Assembly: GCF_002394865.1 (NCBI RefSeq) | Contig: NZ_DGUZ01000012.1 | Coordinates: 94,021 to 158,020 of the forward strand | From: Fibrobacter sp. UBA4297 | GTDB lineage: Bacteria; Fibrobacterota; Fibrobacteria; Fibrobacterales; Fibrobacteraceae | DNA: 64,000 nt | Direction of reading: 5' to 3' | In this document: positions 1-10,100 of the stretch, one piece after another | Numbering within the stretch: position 1 is the first letter of the stretch | Layout of the letters: each line of letters begins with the position of its first letter | Notes under the pieces: generated by a model | Database searches by the model: none | What the model was told of the DNA's origin: nothing | What the model saw: the letters and a program-made list of their open reading frames with translations, nothing else | Program-made: the position numbers and the translations under genes

Positions 1-37
1 CATCATGAGACTTTTTTATACCCCTGTGGCGGAAAGT

Positions 38-69
38 AAAAACGACCAGCCTTTCGGTTGGTCGTTTTT
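38..69 (-). terminator. Hairpin terminator 3' of tRNA-Glu (bidirectional shape)
   Basis: Perfect 10-bp inverted repeat AAAACGACCA (38-47) / TGGTCGTTTT (59-68) with A/T runs on both sides. Confidence 0.6.
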
Positions 70-71
70 AG

Positions 72-144
72 TACCCCCAAGCGGACTCGAACCGCTGTTG
101 CGGGAATGAGAATCCCGAGTCCTAGGCCACTAGACGATGGGGGC
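72..144 (-). tRNA. tRNA-Glu (anticodon CUC)
   Basis: The 73-nt minus-strand sequence GCCCCCATCGTCTAGTGGCCTAGGACTCGGGATTCTCATTCCCGCAACAGCGGTTCGAGTCCGCTTGGGGGTA folds by hand into a cloverleaf. The anticodon loop is TTCTCAT and the T-loop is TTCGAGT. No CCA is encoded. Confidence 0.9.
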
Positions 145-242
145 GAGTGCGGCATATTATAGCAATTTAAGCTTTATCCGTCAAGCAATAATTGAGTTTA
201 TTTGCTGAGGGTCGCTCTGCCGCATTTACAAGAATTCGTCCG

Positions 243-284
243 TAGTTATTAATAGTTAGTCATTAGCAGATTAATTTTAGAAAT
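243..284 (+). repeat. Heptad-phased stop array
   Basis: Reads TAGTTAT TAATAGT TAGTCAT TAGCAGA TTAATTT TAGAAAT. Confidence 0.7.
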
Positions 285-285
285 C

Positions 286-327
286 ATCTCTAATGACTAC
301 TGACCAATAACCATTAACTAAAGACTA
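286..327 (-). repeat. Heptad-phased stop array beginning with the ppiD stop codon
   Basis: The minus strand reads TAGTCTT TAGTTAA TGGTTAT TGGTCAG TAGTCAT TAGAGAT. The first TAG (327-325) is the CDS stop. Confidence 0.7.
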
Positions 328-2256
328 GTCTCTATAGAAGAGATCGAGGTTGCTCTGTACCTGTGTAGATGCTTCGAGAGAAGACACATAGTCGTTGAAA
401 GCAGTCATCACACCAAAGCGGTAGGAGTTGTCTACATCCTGCTTGATGGCTTCTTCAACTTCTTCAACCTTCGGAGTCTTCTTGGAAACGACCTTGACCA
501 TCACGGCGCCGTTTTCAGCAACAACCGGAGCGGTCCATTCACCGACCTTAGCCTTCCCTACAACGCGTGCAATCTGAGCAGTGCCATAGCCAAAGCCAGG
601 AACAAAACCATCAACAGAAGCGTTCTTGGTTTCGAGTTCGACCTTTTCAATCTTGGTTGTGGTGTCAGCCGGATTCCAGGCCTTGACCTGAGCGGCAACA
701 GAATTCAAGTAGCTTTCAGCAGCCTTGGCAGCCTTCTGCTTGAGGAGAGTTTCCTTAATGTCATTGTAGTAAAGCGGGAGACTGCGTTCGCCAGCCTTGT
801 AATCACCCACCTTCTTGGCAATCACGACCCATTTGTTGTTTCTGAGCACGCCAGAAATTTCGCTTTCTTCCTTCGGGAGGTTTTCGTTCGGCCAAGCGAA
901 AGAAGCAAGACCCTTGAGGTAACCAAAGGCAGCCATATTGCCATCACGAGAAACCCATTCAGAAGTCTTGACTTCGAGACCGCGAGCCTGAGCTTCCGTG
1001 AGCAAGTCAGAACCGGCATCGACATCCTTCTTGATGTTGGTGAGAATCTTTTCGAGGCTATCAATCGTATTGGATGAAGCTGTAACAGTGAGGAGGATGT
1101 GGCCAACCTTGACCTTTTCGACTTCACCCTTGGCGTTCTTCACGTTACCGTAAGACTTGATGATGTGATAACCGAACTGAGAACGGACCGGTTCTGAAAT
1201 CTTGCCAGAGTCAAGAGCAAATGCAGCGTCTTCGAACGGCTTCACGTAAGTACCACGACCGACAAAGTCTTCGCTCAAGACACCGCCCTTTTCGGCACTA
1301 CCCGGATCTTCAGAAGAAACGCGAGCCATGTCTTCAAACGTCGTCGTAGAAGAGGAGTCGGTGAGCTGGTAGTAAAGCGTCATTGCATATTCGCGGATGC
1401 TAGCATCGTCACCTGCTGTAGCTTCAACCGGGAGAGATACGTACTGGAACTGAGCAACATCCTTCTGGACAAAGAAGCTGTCCATGTGGGCGTTGTAGTA
1501 ACCAGCAACCATAACGCTATCCACAGAATTGCTATCAGCAACAAATGCAGAACTCGGGGCGACCGCCACCTGCAGTTCGTAATCCGTCATGCGACGTTCA
1601 ACAGCCCACTTTGCTTCGAGAGAAGTCGGATGGACCGAAGCATTTACCAAAGTCTGGAGCTGACGAGCCGGAATGGTATTGTTCTTCATTTCGTCTTCGA
1701 GCATAAGCATGGAATTCCAGCGATAGGCAGCCGGAGTTTCAATCCATGCATCATAATCAGCCTTGTTGAACGTCGTGTCCGTGAGGAACTTCGGGAGAGT
1801 ACCGATGAAAGCCTGAGTGCGCTGAATCAAGTCTTCCTGAGAAGAAGCCTGCTGCTGGATGGCATAGAGGCGAGCCTGAGCTTCCTGGACCAGGCGAGCA
1901 CGAACGGCGTCAGAATTGCGCTTGAACTCGTTTTTGAGTTCGGCAACCGAGGCTCTCAGTTCGGCCTTTTCGAACTGTTCGCCAAAGAGAGCCTGACGAA
2001 CGAAGCTTGAGAACACCTGAGCACGGAGCTGAGAGTACTGTTCGTCATCCAAGTGCTGGTTCTGGTACTGATTCTGCACGATCATCTTCACACGAGAATC
2101 GAAGTCCGTGTAAGAAATCTTGGTATCGTTGACAACGCCGATAGGATAGCTACGTCCCTGGTCCGGAACACGGTCCATGGCGAGAAGACCGATAGCGATA
2201 CCGGCGGCAAAGATCACAATTACCCACTTGGCTTTTTCATTAATCCACGTTAACAT
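325..2256 (-). CDS. ppiD: PpiD-like periplasmic chaperone / parvulin-type peptidyl-prolyl isomerase
   Basis: N-terminal TM helix ([18 protein letters not shown]), parvulin motif FGYHIIK and about 640 aa. The start is set at MLTWINE (2256), which has a GGAG upstream. The ORF track extends to 2286. Confidence 0.7.
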   Translation of the reverse strand: MLTWINEKAKWVIVIFAAGIAIGLLAMDRVPDQGRSYPIGVVNDTKISYTDFDSRVKMIVQNQYQNQHLDDEQYSQLRAQVFSSFVRQALFGEQFEKAELRASVAELKNEFKRNSDAVRARLVQEAQARLYAIQQQASSQEDLIQRTQAFIGTLPKFLTDTTFNKADYDAWIETPAAYRWNSMLMLEDEMKNNTIPARQLQTLVNASVHPTSLEAKWAVERRMTDYELQVAVAPSSAFVADSNSVDSVMVAGYYNAHMDSFFVQKDVAQFQYVSLPVEATAGDDASIREYAMTLYYQLTDSSSTTTFEDMARVSSEDPGSAEKGGVLSEDFVGRGTYVKPFEDAAFALDSGKISEPVRSQFGYHIIKSYGNVKNAKGEVEKVKVGHILLTVTASSNTIDSLEKILTNIKKDVDAGSDLLTEAQARGLEVKTSEWVSRDGNMAAFGYLKGLASFAWPNENLPKEESEISGVLRNNKWVVIAKKVGDYKAGERSLPLYYNDIKETLLKQKAAKAAESYLNSVAAQVKAWNPADTTTKIEKVELETKNASVDGFVPGFGYGTAQIARVVGKAKVGEWTAPVVAENGAVMVKVVSKKTPKVEEVEEAIKQDVDNSYRFGVMTAFNDYVSSLEASTQVQSNLDLFYRD

Positions 2257-2360
2257 AGAGACAACTCCATTAAAATTTTGTCGCACCGAAAAATAGCAAA
2301 AAAAAATGTTTGCATTTTATTTTATTGATATTGTACGCCAAATATAATGCCGAAAAGCCC

Positions 2361-2368
2361 TATTTTTT
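2361..2368 (+). promoter_or_regulatory. TAnnTTTG-like box (TATTTTTT) 6 nt upstream of the nadB ATG
   Basis: Position and shape match the other -7-type boxes in this window, but the last base is T rather than G. Confidence 0.3.
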
Positions 2369-2374
2369 CTATTT

Positions 2375-3994
2375 ATGGGATATAAAAATACAACAATTCC
2401 TTTGGAGTATCTCATGTACGATATTTTGGTTCTGGGTGCCGGCATTTCTGGATTGAGCGCAGCTCTCCACGCGGCAGAAAAAGGTTTCCACGTAGTTATC
2501 CTGACCAAAGGAGCAAAGCCGGACGGATCGTCCAACTACGCCCAGGGCGGAATCGCTACTGTTACCGAAAAGTCCGACAAGTTTGAATTCCACATTGCAG
2601 ACACGCTCGAAGCAGGCGCAGGCCTCTGCAAAAAGGAACCGGTCAACATCCTTACCAAGAGCGGTCCTTCGACCATCAAGCAGCTCGTAAAGTGGGGCGT
2701 CCAGTTCACACCGTCGCCCGAGGATAAATCGCAATTTGACCTCCACCTTGAAGGCGGGCACAGCCACCACCGCATTTTGCACGCCGCAGACCTCACCGGT
2801 AAAGAGATTATGCGTGCCCTCCTCTGCGAGCTTCACAAACAAAAGAACATCGACTACCTTGAAAACTGCTATATCAAGGACTTGATTTGCGAAGGCGATG
2901 GCAAGAACAAGCGTTGCGTCGGCGCAAAAATCATCCACCAGAAGACCGGCGAAGTCGAAAGCATCTACGCCAAGGCCACCATCCTTTCGACAGGTGGTGC
3001 AGGCCGCATTTGGCAGTACACCGTCTGCCCGCCCGACAGCTGTGGCGACGGCATGGCGATTGCCGCCCGCGCTGGCGCCGCCCTCCAGGATATCGAGTTC
3101 ATGCAGTTCCACCCGACTAGCTTGTACGCACCGAAGTTCAAGAAGCCGTTCCTCATTTCCGAAGCCGTACGTGGTTTCGGCGGCATCCTCAAGAACGACA
3201 AGGGCGAAGAATTCATGAACCAGGTGCACCCGCTGCACTCCCTCGCCCCGCGTGACATCGTCGCTCGCGCTATCCACAGCGAAATGCAGCGTCTCGGCAA
3301 GGACCACATGTTCATCGACCTTTCTGGCCGCACGCCAAAGGACATCAAGAGCCACTTCCCGCACATTTATTCTAAGTGCATGGATGCAGGCATCGACATC
3401 ACGAAGGAATGGATTCCGGTCGTTCCGGCAGCTCACTACATGTGCGGTGGCGTTCTCGTCGACACCTGGTCCCGTACCGAAATCAAGGGACTCTACGCTT
3501 GCGGCGAAGTTGCTGCAACGGGCGTCCATGGCGCAAACCGTCTCGCCTCTAACTCGCTTTTGGAAAGCGTTGTTTTTGCCATCCGCGCTGTCGATGATAT
3601 CGAAAAGAGCGGCATTACTAAGGATAAATTCACTGCACCTAAGTCCAAGAAAGAAACAGTCAGCTTCACAAAGGCTGCCTACTGGAAGAAGCGCAAGAAG
3701 ATGCTCCAAGACATGATGTGGACGCACTGCGGCATTGTCCGTACCGTCGCTGGCCTCAACCAAGGTCTCAAGGTCATCGAAGAACTCCAGAAGGATGTCG
3801 ATACCGCCATCAAGAACAAAGAAACAGAAAACTTGCACTACCTTGAATTCCTGAACGCCCTTCAGGTTTCCAAGATGATTCTCATTGCCGCCCTCCGTCG
3901 CAAGGAATCTCGCGGGCTCCACTACATCCTCGATTACCCGAATCAGGACCCGAAGACAAAGCACCAGAGCATTTACTTGAGCGACAAGAAATAA
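2375..3994 (+). CDS. nadB: L-aspartate oxidase
   Basis: FAD fold DILVLGAGISGLSAA, the HYMCGGV and RLASNSLLE motifs, and 539 aa. Confidence 0.85.
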   Translation: MGYKNTTIPLEYLMYDILVLGAGISGLSAALHAAEKGFHVVILTKGAKPDGSSNYAQGGIATVTEKSDKFEFHIADTLEAGAGLCKKEPVNILTKSGPSTIKQLVKWGVQFTPSPEDKSQFDLHLEGGHSHHRILHAADLTGKEIMRALLCELHKQKNIDYLENCYIKDLICEGDGKNKRCVGAKIIHQKTGEVESIYAKATILSTGGAGRIWQYTVCPPDSCGDGMAIAARAGAALQDIEFMQFHPTSLYAPKFKKPFLISEAVRGFGGILKNDKGEEFMNQVHPLHSLAPRDIVARAIHSEMQRLGKDHMFIDLSGRTPKDIKSHFPHIYSKCMDAGIDITKEWIPVVPAAHYMCGGVLVDTWSRTEIKGLYACGEVAATGVHGANRLASNSLLESVVFAIRAVDDIEKSGITKDKFTAPKSKKETVSFTKAAYWKKRKKMLQDMMWTHCGIVRTVAGLNQGLKVIEELQKDVDTAIKNKETENLHYLEFLNALQVSKMILIAALRRKESRGLHYILDYPNQDPKTKHQSIYLSDKK

Positions 3995-4016
3995 ATCTTT
4001 TTCTATATAGGGCAGC

Positions 4017-5066
4017 ATGGAAGAGGTCAAGGCAACACAGTCCAGGAAGAAAGTTAAAGATCAGCTTCCGTCTAAAATCGGCGGATACAAGCCAATACAA
4101 GCTCTCAACAGCGGAGCCATGGGTAGCCTGTGGCTTTGCAGGGACCCGTCTCTCGACAGGCTCGTCGTTGCCAAAAGACTCAATACAAACTTGAACCAGC
4201 AGGACATCTACATCAAGAGATTCCTGCAAGAAGGGAGCATCCTCGCCCACCTGAACCATCCAAGCATCATCCAGCCGTACGCCCTCTGGAAGGATAGCGA
4301 CGGCAACTACACGATGTCGATGGAATACGTACAAGGTTCAAGCCTCAAGGATTTACTGCTGAAAAACAAGCGACCGCCCGTCTGGGTTGTCGAGACCATT
4401 TTGTACGAGCTCTTGAGCGCACTTAGCCACGCCCACAGAAACGGCGTGACCCACCGCGACTTGAAACCAGCAAATATGATGATTGACAAGGACGGACGAG
4501 TACGCCTCCTCGACTTTGGCATTGCGCATACAGATACCCCGCTCGAAATCGGCAAGGAACTGACGCAAACTGGTTGCATCATCGGGACTGCCGCCTACAT
4601 GAGCCCAGAACAAATCATGGGTCAAAAAGTCAATTACGCAAGCGACCTCTTTAGCGTAGGCATCATCGCAAGCGAAATGCTTATTGGCGAAAACCTTTTC
4701 CGCGGCAAGGACTTCGAAGAGACTCGCGAAAACATCCTCAAGATGAAGTTCAAGCTCGAAGTATTCCCGAACGATGTTCCAAAGCCGCTCCGCAAGTTCG
4801 TGCTGAAACTTCTCAACAAACGAGCCAGCAAACGCCCCTCTTCGGCATGCGACGCCGCTAATGACCTCGCCAACATCATGAAGGAATACCCGCGCGACAT
4901 GACACCATACATTGCCGACTGGGCAGACACAGTAAACGAAGACCAACCCGTCGATTCAGTCATATCGCCCAAGCCACAAAAAACTACATTTAAGTATGGA
5001 ATAGGATTTATACTTGGAGTGATAGTAACTGCAATGGCGTTTCTCGCTATTCAGTTAGCGGTTTAA
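4017..5066 (+). CDS. Hanks-type Ser/Thr protein kinase with a C-terminal TM anchor
   Basis: HRDLKPANMM, DFGIA and YMSPEQ motifs, with a hydrophobic C-terminus. Confidence 0.85.
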   Translation: MEEVKATQSRKKVKDQLPSKIGGYKPIQALNSGAMGSLWLCRDPSLDRLVVAKRLNTNLNQQDIYIKRFLQEGSILAHLNHPSIIQPYALWKDSDGNYTMSMEYVQGSSLKDLLLKNKRPPVWVVETILYELLSALSHAHRNGVTHRDLKPANMMIDKDGRVRLLDFGIAHTDTPLEIGKELTQTGCIIGTAAYMSPEQIMGQKVNYASDLFSVGIIASEMLIGENLFRGKDFEETRENILKMKFKLEVFPNDVPKPLRKFVLKLLNKRASKRPSSACDAANDLANIMKEYPRDMTPYIADWADTVNEDQPVDSVISPKPQKTTFKYGIGFILGVIVTAMAFLAIQLAV

Positions 5067-5079
5067 AAGGATTTGTCCA

Positions 5080-5844
5080 ATGAATTGGATTGATATAGCA
5101 TGCGCCGCGTGCTTACTGGTGTTCAGCGTCCTTGGTCTGTGGCGCGGACTTTTGAGCAGCGTGTTCAAGCTCTGCGGATGGGTTGCCGCCATTTTGGGAG
5201 CGTACTTCGCCCAAGACCTTTTAGGTGATTTTTTTATCAGAAATTTCGCTTTCGGTGATTTTGCGGCACACCTCATTTGTACCTGCATCGGTTTTTTGGT
5301 ACCGTTTCTTCTATTCTCGTTCATCGGACACATCGTCGGTGATTCCATCAAGAACACTATTGTCGGCAAGACAAACCGCATTCTAGGGCTGTTGTTCGGA
5401 GTTCTCAAAGCTTCACTTATCTGTTTCGTGCTGCTCACAGTCCTGCACTTGCTCCCCGTTGAAGGGTCCCTTAAAGCAATGCGCAACGACGCCGTTTCAT
5501 ACAGCATATACAAGTCTTCAATCGAAGCCATGGGGTACTCCTCTGACGAAGTGAACCTTCGCAAGATGGCCAAGGAAAAAGCAAGCGAGCTTACCAAGAC
5601 AATCACAGACAAGACAATCGACAAAGCCAAAGACACGGCAGAAGAAGCTGCGGATAGCGCTAAGGCAGCAGTCAAGAATGCCGCAGATAGCGTTGCAAAC
5701 AAAGTTAGTGAAACTGCCGAAAAAGCAAAAGATGCAGCCATCGCCGCTAAAGACGCTGCCAAAGACGCCGCCATCAAGGCTTTTGAAAACGACAAGTCAA
5801 ACGCCCCCAAAGATACAAGTAAAGTAAAAACTAATTCTAAATAA
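5080..5844 (+). CDS. cvpA: CvpA-family membrane protein with a Lys/Ala/Asp-rich C-terminal tail
   Basis: Four predicted TM segments, a CvpA-like N-terminus and a low-complexity tail (KDAAIAAKDAAKDAA). Confidence 0.6.
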   Translation: MNWIDIACAACLLVFSVLGLWRGLLSSVFKLCGWVAAILGAYFAQDLLGDFFIRNFAFGDFAAHLICTCIGFLVPFLLFSFIGHIVGDSIKNTIVGKTNRILGLLFGVLKASLICFVLLTVLHLLPVEGSLKAMRNDAVSYSIYKSSIEAMGYSSDEVNLRKMAKEKASELTKTITDKTIDKAKDTAEEAADSAKAAVKNAADSVANKVSETAEKAKDAAIAAKDAAKDAAIKAFENDKSNAPKDTSKVKTNSK

Positions 5845-5851
5845 CCGAATC

Positions 5852-5881
5852 AAAAAAAGAGGCTCTAAGGCCTCTTTTTTA
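5852..5881. terminator. Bidirectional hairpin terminator between convergent genes
   Basis: Reads AAAAAAAGAGGC-tctaag-GCCTCTTTTTT. Confidence 0.7.
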
Positions 5882-5919
5882 TACAACTCAAAATGGAGTG
5901 CAACAATTAACCTCAAATA

Positions 5920-6414
5920 TTAAGCCTTTCCGCTCATTATGGCGGCGAGGTCGGCTCCACTCAAATTCGTCTTTTCGCTTAAGGCGGCGACGATTGCGGT
6001 GAGCGACTTTTGGCAAGCCATCATAAGGTTGTAAACTTGTTCGACGACGTTTGTTTCGGCAAGCTGGTAGTAATAGCAAGCCGCTTGGAAACTCTGGTAA
6101 TCAGGATCGCTCTTGTAAAGTTCCATCGGGAGTTCTTTCATGACAGTGTCGAGGTCGCAAGCAAAATTTTTACGGATTAAAAAGTCCGACATGTGGCCTG
6201 CAATAGCGATGTGAGCGGCCCCGTCGAGCGAGCTTCCGGGCATGCGCGTAACGCTCGGCTTTTCCTTGGAATTGTTGATTCTGACGTAATCAATCTGGCG
6301 TTTGAACAAGAAAGCTATTAAAGCGTGGCCCGCCTCGTGGCGGCAGAGTTTTTCATATTCCTGTTCACCGAAAAATTCAATTAAGTTTTCGCGAGTTAAT
6401 GTTTGTTCTGACAT
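5920..6414 (-). CDS. Stand-alone FtsH-like (M41-type) zinc metallopeptidase domain protein
   Basis: HEAGHAL (an HEXXH motif identical in style to the FtsH protease site). It is 164 aa with no AAA module. Confidence 0.45.
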   Translation of the reverse strand: MSEQTLTRENLIEFFGEQEYEKLCRHEAGHALIAFLFKRQIDYVRINNSKEKPSVTRMPGSSLDGAAHIAIAGHMSDFLIRKNFACDLDTVMKELPMELYKSDPDYQSFQAACYYYQLAETNVVEQVYNLMMACQKSLTAIVAALSEKTNLSGADLAAIMSGKA

Positions 6415-7004
6415 TTTTCAATCCACCTGTCTAAAAAATCCATCTGTTCGTCAGTATGGAACCAATGTTCGCCACCTTGCATAATCGTAAGCGTTGCACC
6501 CACTTTTTCAGCAAAATCTCGCATCGTTTCGAGATCGGTCAAATTGTCATTGGAGCCGTACAAAATATGCGTCGAGATATTCCATTTGATGGGATTTTCT
6601 CGCACGTAGCAAAGGTATTTCCAGGAAAGCGTCTCGCCAAAGTTCGTCGCAATTTCACCTTTTTCGCGGAGTTCATCTTCGGAGACGTTCGCCCAAAGCA
6701 TCATATTGCAAATGAGCTTTTCCAAGTTCACCATCGGCGAAATGAAGAGCGCCTGCTTGATGCGTTTTTCGCCCAAAGCGTTCATCGAGAAGAACGCGCC
6801 AATGCTATTTGCGATAAGCACGACATCGTCGTAGTCTGCAGTAACCGAATCAAAATAGGCAGAGAATTCCTGCTTGGCATCCCACGGGGTTTCTGCCTTG
6901 TAATCAAAACCGACGACATCAAAATCTGGAAAAAGGGTCTTGTAATGATTGGCCTCGTCGGCATTGCCGCTTTTCCCATGAACGTAAATAACAAGCTTTT
7001 TCAT
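6396..7004 (-). CDS. Alpha/beta hydrolase
   Basis: VIYVHG oxyanion-type start and a nucleophile elbow ANSIGA. The start is set at MKKLVIY because 7005-7115 contains a terminator hairpin. Confidence 0.6.
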   Translation of the reverse strand: MKKLVIYVHGKSGNADEANHYKTLFPDFDVVGFDYKAETPWDAKQEFSAYFDSVTADYDDVVLIANSIGAFFSMNALGEKRIKQALFISPMVNLEKLICNMMLWANVSEDELREKGEIATNFGETLSWKYLCYVRENPIKWNISTHILYGSNDNLTDLETMRDFAEKVGATLTIMQGGEHWFHTDEQMDFLDRWIEKCQNKH

Positions 7005-7073
7005 TTCTTTTTCGCTTTTTTCGCCTAGAAAATACAAAAATCTACACCAATCGGCTAGAGATAGGGATTCAGC

Positions 7074-7112
7074 AAAAATCCGCCCCTGCGGTAAAGCAAG
7101 AAGCGGATTTTT
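7074..7112 (-). terminator. purL terminator hairpin
   Basis: 10-bp stem AAAAATCCGC / GCGGATTTTT with an 18-19-nt loop and a T-run on the minus strand. Confidence 0.55.
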
Positions 7113-7128
7113 CAAGCGTATATGCCGA

Positions 7129-7169
7129 CCCCGTCCCGGAACGGAGTCCGGGATGACAGCCGGGGTGAC
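7129..7169 (-). repeat. GTCATCCC-type structured 3'-UTR element
   Basis: The minus strand reads GTCACCCCGGCTGTCATCCCGGACTCCGTTCCGGGACGGGG, with nested stems TCCCGGA/TCCGGGA and CCCCG/CGGGG. Confidence 0.6.
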
Positions 7170-7181
7170 AAGTAAAGGGGA

Positions 7182-10100
7182 TTACCCGACGAAGATTCGG
7201 CCGTTGCGGAACAGCTGCATCCACGGGCCATCTTCACCCCATTCTGCCGGGTGCCAAGAGTATTGGCAGGTGCGGAATACGCGTTCCGGGTGCGGCATCA
7301 TCACAAGCGCACGGCCATCTTCAGAGCAGAGGCCGTTGATGCCAAACGGAGAACCGTTCGGGTTGAGCGGATAGCGTTCGGTGTATTCGTGCTTGCCGTC
7401 GACATAGCGGAGAGCCACGAGACCTGTCTTGAGGCAGGCTTCAGCAGCTTCGCGGCTTGCGAATTCAGCACGGCCTTCACCGTGAGCAACAGCGATCGGG
7501 AGGACAGAACCTGCCATGCCCTTGAGGAGCACAGCCGGCGTATCTTCGACCTTCAAAGAGCAGTAACGAGCTTCGAAGCGTTCGGAGATGTTCTGCACAA
7601 AGCGCGGCCAGTGCTTAGCGCCCGGAATCAAATCCTTGAGGTTCGAGACCATCTGGCAGCCGTTGCAGACGCCGAGCGTAAAGGTATCCTTGCGGTTGAA
7701 GTAAGCTTCAAATTCAGCGCGAGCCTTCGGGTTGAACAAGATGCTCTTGGCCCAGCCTTCACCTGCACCGAGAACGTCACCATAGCTGAAGCCACCGCAA
7801 GCCACGAGACCGTTGAAGTCCTTGAGGCTTACGCGGCCTTCGAGAATGTCGGTCATGTGAACGTCAATGGATTCAAAGCCAGCCTTCTGGAAGGCGGCAG
7901 CCATTTCGAGTTCGCCGTTGACGCCCTGTTCGCGGAGAATCGCCATCTTCGGGCGGCTTGCGTAGTCCTTGATAATCTTGGCGGACGCCGCCACGTCGAA
8001 GGTGACCTTCGGCGTGATACCCGGATCGTCCTGTTCGAGCTTGAGCTTGTATTCGCTTTCGGCACATTCCGGATTGTCACGGAGAGCGGCGATGCGGCGA
8101 GTCGTATCGCTCCAAATGGCGCGCAGGTCAGAGAGGCCTTCGGCGTAGTCGCCAATCACAATGTTGTACGTATCGTTGAGCTTACCGATTTCAGAAACGG
8201 TATCGCCAAGACCAGCGGCTTCGAAAGCAGCCTTCACAGCAGCGAGATCTGCATTTGCGACCTGGAGAACGGCACCGAGTTCTTCGTTGAAGAGAGCGTC
8301 GATGACGTTGCCCTGGAGTGCTGCTGCATCGAGCGTTACACCCACATGACCTGCGAAAGCCATTTCGACAACCGTCGTGTAGAGACCGCCATCGCTCTTG
8401 TCGTGGTAAGCCATAATCTTGCCATCGGCATTGAGCTTCTGGATGGTTTCGAAGAAGGCACGAAGTTCCTTGGCGGAATCGACATCCGGAGCCTTGTCAC
8501 CGAGGTTGTTGTAAACCTGAGCGGCAATGGATGCACCCATACGGTTCTTGCCGCGAGCGAGGTCCACGAGCACAAGCGTCGTGTCCTTCTTCTGCAAGAG
8601 TTGCGGCGTGAGCGTCTTGCGAACGTCAGCGCACGGAGCAAAGGCACTAATCACGAGCGAAATCGGAGCGGTCACGCGGTGGCTACCCTTTTCGTCCTGC
8701 CACACGGTGCTCATGCTCATGGAGTCCTTACCCACCGGAATCGTAATGCCAAGTTCCGGGCAGAGTTCCATACCGATGGACTTCACGGCTTCATAAAGGT
8801 CAGCACCATCGCCTTCGTAGTTCGGCGTGGCCATCCAGTTTGCAGACAAATTCACGCGGCCCATATCCGGCACGCAAGCGGCAGCCATGTTCGTGAGGGA
8901 TTCCGCCACCGTCATGCGGGCAGCGGCAGCCGGAGAAATCAAAGCAATCGGAGCGCGTTCGCCCATGCTCATGACTTCACCTTCGTAAGTGTCGAGCGTA
9001 GCACTCGTCACGGCGCAGTCTGCAACCGGCACCTGCCACGGACCAACCATCTGATCGCGGCAAATCATACCCGTCACGGAACGGTCACCGATAGAAATGA
9101 GGAACGTCTTATCGGCAACGGTCGGGTTTGCAAGCACGCGGTGAGCCACATCCTTCACCGTCACGCCAGCCGGAACCACCGTGGAAGAAAGCGGACGCTT
9201 CTGGGACTTTTCATTGCGGATCATGCGCGGCGGTTTGCCGAGAAGCACACCGAGCGGCATATCAATCGGAGTCGTACCGAAGTACTTGTCGGTAAGGGTC
9301 AAGTGCTTTTCTGGAATCGCTTCGCCCACCACAGCGTACGGGCAACGTTCGCGCTTACAGATTGCATCGAACACGTCGAGCTTGTCGCCGGCGATTGCGA
9401 TCACATAACGTTCCTGGGATTCGTTACTCCAGATTTCAAACGGACTCATGCCCGGTTCGTCGTTCGGCACGTTGCGGAGTTCAAACTTACCGCCGAGGCC
9501 GCCATCGTTCACCAGTTCCGGGAAAGCGTTCGAAAGTCCACCTGCACCCACGTCATGAATAAACGTAATCGGGTTTTCTTCGTTCATCGCCCAGCAGCGG
9601 TCGATGACTTCCTGGCAGCGGCGTTCCATTTCCGGGTTTTCACGTTGCACAGAAGCAAAGTCGAGGGATTCATTACCGGCACCGTTTGCGACAGAGCTTG
9701 CAGCACCGCCACCGAGACCGATGAGCATCGCCGGACCGCCGAGAACGATCAGGTGGTCACCCGGGTCGATGTGACCCTTTTCAATGTGCTGGTGCTTGAT
9801 GTTGCCAAGACCGCCAGCCAACATAATCGGCTTGTGGTAACCGCGAACTTCGGTACCCTTTTCAGAAGAAACTTCCTGTTCAAAAGTACGGAAGTAACCG
9901 AGGATGTTCGGACGGCCATATTCGTTGTTGAATGCTGCGCCGCCGAGCGGACCTTCGATCATAATGTCCAAAGCAGACGCAATGCGGGACGGGCTTCCGA
10001 AGTCCTTTTCCCACGGCTGAACTGCACCCGGAAGCTTGAGGTTTGAAACGCTGAAGCCCGTAAGGCCGGCCTTCGGCTTGGAACCCTTACCCGTGGCACC

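Noticed and set aside
2369-4030. 553-aa minus-strand ORF covering all of nadB
   Set aside because: It is entirely antisense to a gene with clear NadB motifs and has no recognisable motif of its own. It is a typical stop-poor shadow frame.
5055-5810. 251-aa minus-strand Ala/Ser-rich ORF opposite cvpA
   Set aside because: It is antisense to a gene with CvpA-like TM organisation and is low complexity.
7005-7115. N-terminal extension of the alpha/beta hydrolase ORF
   Set aside because: It contains a 10-bp-stem terminator hairpin (7074-7112). MKKLVIYVHG at 7004 is a typical hydrolase start.
7251-10046. 931-aa plus-strand ORF inside purL, plus many shorter ones between 7153 and 11003
   Set aside because: It is antisense to an unambiguous purL, has an Arg/His-rich composition and carries no motifs. 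It is a shadow ORF.
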